This document shows, piece by piece, positions 1 to 7,123 of a DNA stretch of 64,000 bases. A program made the translations under genes and the position numbers. The notes below the pieces were generated by a model that was not told the DNA's origin, did not search any database, and saw only the letters and a list, made by a program, of their open reading frames with translations. The DNA lies in NCBI GenBank assembly GCA_963676835.2, contig CAXXFF010000001.1, positions 736,001 to 800,000 on the forward strand. Direction: 5' to 3'. The stretch's first letter is position 1, and every line of letters starts with the position of its first letter. The stretch comes from Marispirochaeta sp. (GTDB taxonomy: Bacteria > Spirochaetota > Spirochaetia > JC444 > Marispirochaetaceae).

Positions 1-325
1 CTATTCTGTCCACAAAGGAAAACCCGGGTCCTTTCAAGAGCGGAACAATCAGACTTTTGCCGTCTGGAGTGAACAACACCTGTTTCGGCTGTACTCCGGT
101 TGCAAAAAGCAGGTTACGGGTTTCCTGGAAAGAACTTTCCGGTGAAAGCTTTGCTTCAATACCTGTATCAGCCTCCGTATCCGCATCAGGGGCTGCTGCT
201 TTTCCATGTGTACTATTCAGCTCTTCAGCATTTTCAGATTGAGGACGTGTACTTCCGGGAGAGACGGGTGAGCAGGAAATAAGCAGCAACAGCAGACCTG
301 CACAGACTGAGTTCAATTTTTTCAT
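1..325 (-). CDS. Lipoprotein, probable YncE-like beta-propeller (5' part; runs off window start)
   Basis: Not in the ORF track. Read manually from ATG at 325: MKKLNSVCAGLLLLLISCSPVS...ATGVQPKQVLFTPDGKSLIVPLL. It has a signal peptide with a spirochaete-type lipobox (LLISC) and a propeller-blade-like TGxQPKQVLFxPDG motif. The frame is open to the window edge. Confidence 0.7.
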   Translation of the reverse strand, partial: MKKLNSVCAGLLLLLISCSPVSPGSTRPQSENAEELNSTHGKAAAPDADTEADTGIEAKLSPESSFQETRNLLFATGVQPKQVLFTPDGKSLIVPLLKGPGFSFVDRI

Positions 326-388
326 CTGAAAGCGATCTTAGCACAGGGAAAGATTGATTGTCACTTTTAATGCCCGAAGATGTACAAG

Positions 389-419
389 AAAAAGCCCCTC
401 TGCACATATACAGAGGGGC
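389..419 (-). terminator. Rho-independent terminator after ilvD
   Basis: 9-bp perfect stem GCCCCTCTG/CAGAGGGGC (394-402/411-419) followed by a T-run on the minus strand, just downstream of the ilvD stop. Confidence 0.85.
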
Positions 420-445
420 GGATAGAACAGAAATAAAGGTGCTGA

Positions 446-2287
446 CTACTCAGGCATAACCCTGGCGGCACCGGTATCGGCGGAAGAGGCAAAGGCTGCA
501 AAAACCTTGAGAGCATCGGAAACCTTCCGCTCCCGGCCCACAGGCTTGTAGGCGTCCTTACCCTTCGCTTCCATGGCCTTGCGACGGGAAGCAAGTTCAT
601 CATCGCTTATTACAAGATCCAGCTTACGGTTGGGAATATCGATAAGAATGGTATCTCCTTCCTGTACCAGGGCTATGTCTCCGCCGGCGGCTGCCTCGGG
701 AGAAACATGACCAATGGAAAGCCCGGAAGAGCCTCCGGAGAAACGGCCGTCTGTAATCAAAGCACAGGCCTTATCCAGGTGCATGGACTTGAGGTAGGAG
801 GTAGGATAGAGCATCTCCTGCATTCCCGGTCCGCCCTTGGGTCCTTCGTACAGAATAATGACCACATCACCGGCCTCGACGGTGCCGTTAAGAATTCCGT
901 CAACAGCCTGATCCTGGGAATTGAAAACCTTCGCCTTGCCTTCAAACTTGAAGATGGAAGGATCAACACCGGCGGTTTTTACAATGGCCCCTTTCTGGCT
1001 GATATTGCCGAAAAGAACCGCAAGTCCGCCGTCCTGATAGTAGGCATGTTCTTTATCCCGGACACAGCCGTTTACCCGGTCGGTATCCAGTTCCTTGAAC
1101 TTCGCCTGCTGGGACCCCATAACCAGGTTTCTGCCGCCCGCAGGGGCCGCCCGGTAGACTGATTCGGCTTCAGCACTGAGATCGGGAGCCATAATGTCGT
1201 ATTTTGCCAGAGCCTCTTTAAGGCTGAGACCGTCATTACGTTGAACAGAAGTATCAAGCAGCCCCGCCCGGTCGAGCTCGGCCATAATTCCAAGGATTCC
1301 CCCTGCCCGGTTTACATCCTCCACATGGTAGTGGGAGGAAGGGGCAACCTTGCAGAGACAGGGAACCTTGCGAGAGAGCGCATCAATATCCTTGAGGGTA
1401 AAATCAATTTCACCGGCTTTTGCAATGGCAAGGAGGTGAAGAATAGTGTTGGTTGAACCGCCCATGGCGATATCCAGGGTCATGGCATTAAGAAATGCCT
1501 GCCGGTTGGCAATATTTCTGGGCAGTACCGAGTCGTCACCGTCCCGGTAGTAGGCGTAGGTCATCTCCACTATGCGTTTTGCCGCATCCTTGAAGAGGTC
1601 TGTGCGCTTTGCATGGGTTGCAACCACCGTTCCGTTTCCGGGAAGAGCCAGCCCGATGGCTTCGGCCAGACAGTTCATGGAGTTGGCGGTAAACATTCCC
1701 GAACAGGACCCGCAGGTAGGACAGGCGCTTGCCTCAACCTTTGCGACGGTATCATCATCGACGCTGTCATCGGCGGCCATGATCATGGCATCAATAAGGT
1801 CGTACTTCTTGTCTCCCACAACACCGGCTTCCATGGGACCGCCGGAAACAAAGATTACCGGAATATTGAGACGCATGGAGGCAATCAGCATACCCGGGGT
1901 AATCTTGTCGCAGTTGGAGATACAGACCAGAGCATCCACACAGTGGGCATTGCTCATATACTCAACACTGTCTGCAATGAGATCACGTGACGGAAGGCTG
2001 TAGAGCATTCCGTCATGTCCCATGGCAATACCGTCATCAATGGCAATGGTATTGAACTCGGCGGCAAAGCAGCCCTGCTCTTCTATCCAGCCCTTTACCT
2101 GCTGTCCGATCTCGTGAAGATGGACATGGCCGGGTACAAACTGGGTAAACGAGTTGGCGATTCCGATAATCGGTTTGCCGAACTGCTTCTGCTGCATACC
2201 GTTGGCAAGCCAGAGACTGCGCGCTCCGGCCATACGCCTGCCGGCAGTACTGGTGGCACTGCGGGGAGTGATTTTATATTCCGCCAT
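446..2287 (-). CDS. ilvD: Dihydroxy-acid dehydratase
   Basis: Motifs [67 protein letters not shown]. Confidence 0.98.
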   Translation of the reverse strand: MAEYKITPRSATSTAGRRMAGARSLWLANGMQQKQFGKPIIGIANSFTQFVPGHVHLHEIGQQVKGWIEEQGCFAAEFNTIAIDDGIAMGHDGMLYSLPSRDLIADSVEYMSNAHCVDALVCISNCDKITPGMLIASMRLNIPVIFVSGGPMEAGVVGDKKYDLIDAMIMAADDSVDDDTVAKVEASACPTCGSCSGMFTANSMNCLAEAIGLALPGNGTVVATHAKRTDLFKDAAKRIVEMTYAYYRDGDDSVLPRNIANRQAFLNAMTLDIAMGGSTNTILHLLAIAKAGEIDFTLKDIDALSRKVPCLCKVAPSSHYHVEDVNRAGGILGIMAELDRAGLLDTSVQRNDGLSLKEALAKYDIMAPDLSAEAESVYRAAPAGGRNLVMGSQQAKFKELDTDRVNGCVRDKEHAYYQDGGLAVLFGNISQKGAIVKTAGVDPSIFKFEGKAKVFNSQDQAVDGILNGTVEAGDVVIILYEGPKGGPGMQEMLYPTSYLKSMHLDKACALITDGRFSGGSSGLSIGHVSPEAAAGGDIALVQEGDTILIDIPNRKLDLVISDDELASRRKAMEAKGKDAYKPVGRERKVSDALKVFAAFASSADTGAARVMPE

Positions 2288-2296
2288 GATGACTCC

Positions 2297-3805
2297 TTAC
2301 TGAAAATTTTTCTGCATAAACGTTAAATCGAGTTCCGGATAGAGGAGGAACGTATCCAGCAGAGCCTTAACCCGGCTTCTGGCCTCTTCGATTACTCCGT
2401 CGGTAATTTCGTATTTCGCCTTGGAAAGGTTACCGGCATTTTTACCGGTGGTAATGGTTGCAGGCTTTGTGTTACTGAGCACCAGCTGAATAATGGAGGC
2501 AATCTCCTTCATTTCAGCGTCGCCCATACCCAGGGTGGTAACCGCCGCTGTTCCCATACGGAGACCGGAGGTGTACCAGGCGCCGTTTGGATCGAAGGGA
2601 AGAGAGTTCCGGTTCATAGTGATACCGCTCTCTCTGAGGGCGCTTTCCGCCTGACGGCCATTGAGGCCGAATCCGCGGACATCAACCAGAAAAAGGTGGT
2701 TGTCGGTTCCGCCGGTGGCTACGGTCATGCCTTCCGCCATACAGTAGTTGGCCATGGCCTGACAGTTTTCTACGATTTTTGCAGCATAGGACTTAAACTC
2801 GGGCTTTGCAGCTTCCGTAAACGCCACAGCCTTGGCTGCCATTACATGAGGCAGGGGCCCACCGATAACCATGGGACATCCCTTGTCGACAGCTTCTGCA
2901 AACTCTTCAGTACAGAGAACCATACCGCCCCGGGGGCCTCTGAGGGTTTTATGGGTTGTTGTGGTGACAACATGGGCATGCGCCACAGGGTTATAGTCAC
3001 CCTCAAAAACGCCTCCGGCAACAAGTCCTGCAAAGTGGGCCATATCGACCATAAGCACAGCGCCTACACCATCGGCAATCTGCCGCATCCGTTTGAAATC
3101 AATCTTCCGGGGGTATGCGCTGTATCCTGCAAGCAGAATAAGGGGTTTAATCTCTTTTGCCTGGGCTTCAATGGCATCGTAGTCGAGGAGACCGGTCTCT
3201 CTGTCTACGGTATAGGTATAGGAATCAAACATCTGGGCGGAGACATTGTGCCGGTAACCGTGAGTAAGGTGACCGCCTGAGTAGTAGTCCAGTCCAAGCA
3301 GACGCTGGTTACCCAGTTTTTCCCGAAGCTTGTCCCAGTCTTCCCGGGAGAGGTTGGAAGGATTGGTTTCACCCAGCTCTTCAAGTCCGGGGACCTCTAC
3401 CTTCTGATACAGAATCGCCCAGTAGGCAATCAGGTTTGCATCCGCTCCGGAATGGGGCTGAACATAGGCATGGTCGGCGCCGAAAATCTGACAGGCAATC
3501 TCAGCCGCCCGGCTTTCTACGGCGTCAACATTGTCGCAGCCTGCGTAAAAACGGTGAAAAGGAAAACCTTCAGAATATTTGTCAGTAAGGAGGTTTCCCA
3601 TGGCAAGCTGGGTGGCAAGAGAACAGTAGTTCTCACTGGCAATAAGCTTCAGGTTTGACCGCTGATCGGCAAGTTCCTGTACAGTTTTTGCCGCAATCTC
3701 CGGGGCGACGGCATGTACTGCTTCGAGGGACGCGATATAGGCAAGGGCGCCTGCATCCGGGTCCGGGGTGGCGGATAGATACTCTTTGGTAATGTTCATG
3801 GACAT
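2297..3805 (-). CDS. glyA: Serine hydroxymethyltransferase (long ~500-aa type)
   Basis: LIASEN, QPHSGADAN, GGHLTHG, DMAHFAGLVA, PLP-lysine motif TTTHKTLRGPRGG, SGLRMGT. Confidence 0.98.
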   Translation of the reverse strand: MSMNITKEYLSATPDPDAGALAYIASLEAVHAVAPEIAAKTVQELADQRSNLKLIASENYCSLATQLAMGNLLTDKYSEGFPFHRFYAGCDNVDAVESRAAEIACQIFGADHAYVQPHSGADANLIAYWAILYQKVEVPGLEELGETNPSNLSREDWDKLREKLGNQRLLGLDYYSGGHLTHGYRHNVSAQMFDSYTYTVDRETGLLDYDAIEAQAKEIKPLILLAGYSAYPRKIDFKRMRQIADGVGAVLMVDMAHFAGLVAGGVFEGDYNPVAHAHVVTTTTHKTLRGPRGGMVLCTEEFAEAVDKGCPMVIGGPLPHVMAAKAVAFTEAAKPEFKSYAAKIVENCQAMANYCMAEGMTVATGGTDNHLFLVDVRGFGLNGRQAESALRESGITMNRNSLPFDPNGAWYTSGLRMGTAAVTTLGMGDAEMKEIASIIQLVLSNTKPATITTGKNAGNLSKAKYEITDGVIEEARSRVKALLDTFLLYPELDLTFMQKNFQ

Positions 3806-3834
3806 CCTCCAGTGAAAAAATAACAGTAGATTGC

Positions 3835-3930
3835 GTCGCTTCCCCAGGCGCGCGGGACAGCGGCGATAGACTTCCCGGCGGTTAGATCCGCCTTTTAATG
3901 CAGCGCCAGTCGTGTGGGCTACACTCTATC
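3835..3930 (-). ncRNA. ZMP/ZTP (pfl) riboswitch
   Basis: The minus strand reads GACTGGCG...GGCGG-atctaa-CCGCC-GGGAAG...CGCCTGGG, i.e. the conserved ZTP aptamer boxes with a GGCG/CGCC pseudoknot. It lies directly upstream of glyA, a classic ZTP-regulated one-carbon gene. Confidence 0.88.
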
Positions 3931-3980
3931 AGGAGGGGGATAAATCTTCAATAGAAACTTTGCTGTCCCTTCTTTCCTTA

Positions 3981-5267
3981 TCAGGTCTGAAGCTGTGCAG
4001 TATACTCGTTGAGCCTCTGCAGACGCTGCGCCAGAAGCCGGGCAAGAAACATTCCATAATGGGGATTTTTACGGATAAGATTGACAAAATCGACCTTGGA
4101 AATCGTAATAAGAGAACTTTTTCCCCGGGATGCGACGGTGGCAGAACGGCGGTTGTTTACCAGAAAAGACATCTCGCCTAAAAACATATCCGCCGGGGTG
4201 AGGGTTGAAAGCAGTTTACCCCTGGAGCTTACATCAAAGCTGCCGTTCACAATATAGTAGAGGTTGTTGGAATCCTCGTCTTCGGAGAAGACAACCTCTC
4301 CGTCATTGAAAAACTGTTCCCGCTGGTCCTTGAATATGGCAGGTACAGTATTCACCCCATCCTGCCTGTGGGTTACAGAAAAGGAGACACAGTTTCCTGC
4401 TTCATTATATTCCAGTCCCTTCAGATAATACTCGGACATCTTTATTCCATGGCCGTGTTTCTCCAGATTATCCTGTGCCGACGTACTGGACATGGCGGCC
4501 CGCCAGTCGAACCCCTCACCCTCATCACAAACAGTAAAATGAGATTCATCATTGGTAATCTGATAAGTAAGCCGTACCTTTCGCGCGGCAATTTCGGGAC
4601 TGCTGTTTTTCTCGCGGATAAGACCGAAAATATCTCCATGAGATGTAAGCCACTGGTTTTTCTCATTATAGCTTATACAGCAGTTACCGTGCTCAATGGC
4701 ATTCATCAGCAGTTCCATGAGAGAAACCTGTAAGCGGTCCCGCATTTCCATGTTCAGGAAGTCGGAATTGTATAGATAGGTGGTTACCAGGTTGGCATAG
4801 GTCCTTATATCAAAGGGATCATTATCTATAATAAAAGTACCATTCACACTATCCAGAATCTTGTTATAGAAATCCCGGTGGAACAGGATATTTCTGTTCT
4901 GATGAATAATACGGAAGGCTCGCGCAAAACTGAAATCAAGGGAAGAGCGGCTTACCCGGGAGAGAAAATTAAACTGCTTGAGGTACTCCTCCGGAAGCCC
5001 GGGACCGTCAGCTCCCTCGATGCCGATGATACCGCCGTACAGAATCCAGGAATCCTGAAGAACCTCATCAAGAATGGAACGGATATCAATTTGAGCATCT
5101 CCCAGGTTATAGATAACCAGCTCCGGCAGTTCAAACTTCAAATGCTCAAGTATTTCATCCCGGGAATTCAGAAAAACCGGCTCAACATCGGTAAAATCCC
5201 GGTTAATGATATCCTGAAGTTCCTTGTTAAGTATCGTATCTGTGGAGATTACCGGTAAAACGCTCAT
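3981..5267 (-). CDS. Signalling protein: degenerate receiver-like N-domain + RsbW-type HATPase_c domain + C-terminal cyclic-nucleotide-binding domain
   Basis: N-box ELLMNAIEHGN, G1 box DEGEGFD, G2 box HGHGI. The cNMP domain has LYYIVNG and the phosphate-binding cassette FLGEMSFL...RRSATV. Confidence 0.85.
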   Translation of the reverse strand: MSVLPVISTDTILNKELQDIINRDFTDVEPVFLNSRDEILEHLKFELPELVIYNLGDAQIDIRSILDEVLQDSWILYGGIIGIEGADGPGLPEEYLKQFNFLSRVSRSSLDFSFARAFRIIHQNRNILFHRDFYNKILDSVNGTFIIDNDPFDIRTYANLVTTYLYNSDFLNMEMRDRLQVSLMELLMNAIEHGNCCISYNEKNQWLTSHGDIFGLIREKNSSPEIAARKVRLTYQITNDESHFTVCDEGEGFDWRAAMSSTSAQDNLEKHGHGIKMSEYYLKGLEYNEAGNCVSFSVTHRQDGVNTVPAIFKDQREQFFNDGEVVFSEDEDSNNLYYIVNGSFDVSSRGKLLSTLTPADMFLGEMSFLVNNRRSATVASRGKSSLITISKVDFVNLIRKNPHYGMFLARLLAQRLQRLNEYTAQLQT

Positions 5268-6292
5268 CTGTTTCCTCTGGGTGTAAATACTTGTTCTGCT
5301 TCTTTACGTGCTGCTCCCGGCCCCTGTCCGCTGCCCGGGTCCAGAAGAGAAAGAAGCACAGAAAGCTCTGTTCCGAATTTATCATCCTCAACCCGCTGGT
5401 ACATAAAGGCACGGGTATATCCTCGAATCCATTGCCCGCGGCGGCTCTTAAACCAGTCCCGGGAAAAAAGCGGCGCAGCAGCGGAATCAAGCTGTCCAAG
5501 CAGTTCGGACAGCCTGGAGATAAGCTTAAGCTGCTCATCAGTGCGGTTTTCCCGGCCTTCCCAGGCGGCCCGCAGTCCTGCCCAGAGGGAACTGAGTATG
5601 TTATCCATCTTTCTGTACACTTCGAGAAAGGAAGCAACCTGGAAATTAAAGCTTTCATCCAGCAGACTCAGCCATCCCGGAGGAGAAGGAAGGGAAAATC
5701 CCGCGGTATCGGAAAAAACAGGAATTACCACGCCGTCATTTGCTGCCTCTCCGGGAACAAACTGCTGCATATCCTTGCGTTCTATCAGCTGGATCTGTGT
5801 ATCTGTACTGATTCCCGCCTCCCGAAGAACCTCGGGATGGTCAAGAATGAGCTTTCCGGTGGAACTTCCGCCGGCATCGGAGAGAAAGAGTGCCGAACGG
5901 GCATCCCGGAATACGGATAAAAGATCCTCCACCAGCCCTTCGATAATACGCTGAAGAATTTTCAATAAAGCCGATGTGTCTCCCCTGGAAAAAGCAGCGG
6001 CAGTACTGGAATGGGCGGAAATAAAGGTATCTATATCTGAAGGGGTTATAACAGGAAGAAAACTGTATCCCCGCTTCTCCCCCAGAGCCATAATGCCCAG
6101 AAACACCTCTTCCGGATAGGCATTGCAATCCCGTAAAGCATCATCAAAGCCCCAGCAGAACTGCCGGCCCGCATGAATGAGAACCTTCCCGTTTGAGACT
6201 TCACCTGCCCTCTTAATCAGTAAGGCGAGAACTTCCGGGGAGGGAGGAAAATCATCAAACTCAAGAAGGATTCCTCCGGGAGTACTTTTCAT
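5264..6292 (-). CDS. Hypothetical protein, weak resemblance to GH20/GcnA-like hexosaminidase N-terminal barrel
   Basis: ORF overlaps the next gene by ATGA. Start placed at MKSTPGG (6292), 6 nt after a -10 box. The segment FCWGFD...NAYPEEV...FLPVI resembles the GcnA-type FPxx...aYtxeE...IPlI pattern. Confidence 0.6.
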   Translation of the reverse strand: MKSTPGGILLEFDDFPPSPEVLALLIKRAGEVSNGKVLIHAGRQFCWGFDDALRDCNAYPEEVFLGIMALGEKRGYSFLPVITPSDIDTFISAHSSTAAAFSRGDTSALLKILQRIIEGLVEDLLSVFRDARSALFLSDAGGSSTGKLILDHPEVLREAGISTDTQIQLIERKDMQQFVPGEAANDGVVIPVFSDTAGFSLPSPPGWLSLLDESFNFQVASFLEVYRKMDNILSSLWAGLRAAWEGRENRTDEQLKLISRLSELLGQLDSAAAPLFSRDWFKSRRGQWIRGYTRAFMYQRVEDDKFGTELSVLLSLLDPGSGQGPGAARKEAEQVFTPRGNR

Positions 6293-6342
6293 TGGTACAG
6301 AATAGACGAAAGAGCAGAGAGGATGCAAGAAAAATAATTATT

Positions 6343-6491
6343 AGGCACTTCTAAAAACGTAGTATTTTTGCCATAGCCTAGGAGGATAGATTTTGTAGCG
6401 CCCGCAAACTCTTGTGGTAACAAGAGTTGAGGACCGCGGGAAATCTTGACGACGTAGGATATGGAGAAAAGAGTAGTTTTTAGAGGTGGCC
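6343..6491. mobile_element. ~150-bp palindromic MITE-like element
   Basis: Terminal inverted repeats AGGCACTTCTAAAAAC (6343-6358) and GTTTTTAGAGGTGGCC (6476-6491), 13/16 matched. Imperfect symmetry continues inward, with a central hairpin AACTCTTGT-ggta-ACAAGAGTT. No coding capacity. Confidence 0.65.
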
Positions 6492-6955
6492 TATTGAACC
6501 ACTTTCAGCCCGAAGCGTTTTCTACCTGCTCCGGTCAAATCAAAGCTTCCGCTAAGAAGAAAAACAATGGTCATGGTAATTATCCCGGCGATGAGCCCAA
6601 GCTGACTGCGCCCGGCGGTTGAACCATCTGCTCCAACCATGCGCCCCACAGCATAGTAACTGCGGGCAGGATGCCAGATATGCGGGATCTCTATTACCCC
6701 TTCACCATCCGACAGATATCCCAGATCCCGTGCTTTAAGGGCGACTTGCTCTCCGGAGCGGCGTAAAGACTCAAATTCCACAGACAGCGATGTATGGATT
6801 TCCTTCAATTCATCCAGATTCTTCTCAAGCTGAATAGCATCGCTCTCTATGGTACTGTAGGCGAGCATCCCGGCAGGTCCGTATATGATATGCACGAGTG
6901 TTGCGACGACAAACCCCGCATAAAGGCTGAAAAGAAGCCTTGATACAATCTTCAT
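6491..6955 (-). CDS. FtsB/DivIC-family septum formation initiator
   Basis: N-terminal TM segment, then GPAG, a coiled coil (LEKNLDELKEIHTSLSVEFESLRR) and the DivIC motif KARDLGYLSDGE. Has an extra C-terminal TM segment. Confidence 0.75.
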   Translation of the reverse strand: MKIVSRLLFSLYAGFVVATLVHIIYGPAGMLAYSTIESDAIQLEKNLDELKEIHTSLSVEFESLRRSGEQVALKARDLGYLSDGEGVIEIPHIWHPARSYYAVGRMVGADGSTAGRSQLGLIAGIITMTIVFLLSGSFDLTGAGRKRFGLKVVQ

Positions 6956-6962
6956 ACCTTTA

Positions 6963-6989
6963 ATAACGGTAATCTGAACCTAAACTTTA
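6963..6989 (-). promoter_or_regulatory. Sigma28 (FliA)-like promoter for the FtsB-like gene
   Basis: TAAAGTTT-N11-ACCGTTAT versus consensus TAAAGTTT-N11-GCCGATAA; ends 7 nt before the ATG. Confidence 0.45.
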
Positions 6990-7060
6990 TATAAGCACAT
7001 GCCTGGAATGGATATTTATCGGGGGATACTATAGGCTTATAGGGAATGGTAACTTTCCAT

Positions 7061-7088
7061 TCAATGGATTATTGATTCTTGCCGATAT
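7061..7088 (+). promoter_or_regulatory. Sigma28-like promoter for the acidic-protein operon
   Basis: TCAA-N16-GCCGATAT (strong -10 match, weak -35). A TATAAT at 7105-7110 offers an alternative sigma70 reading. Confidence 0.4.
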
Positions 7089-7123
7089 ATTGAGTACTGT
7101 GAAGTATAATCCGGGAGACAGCC

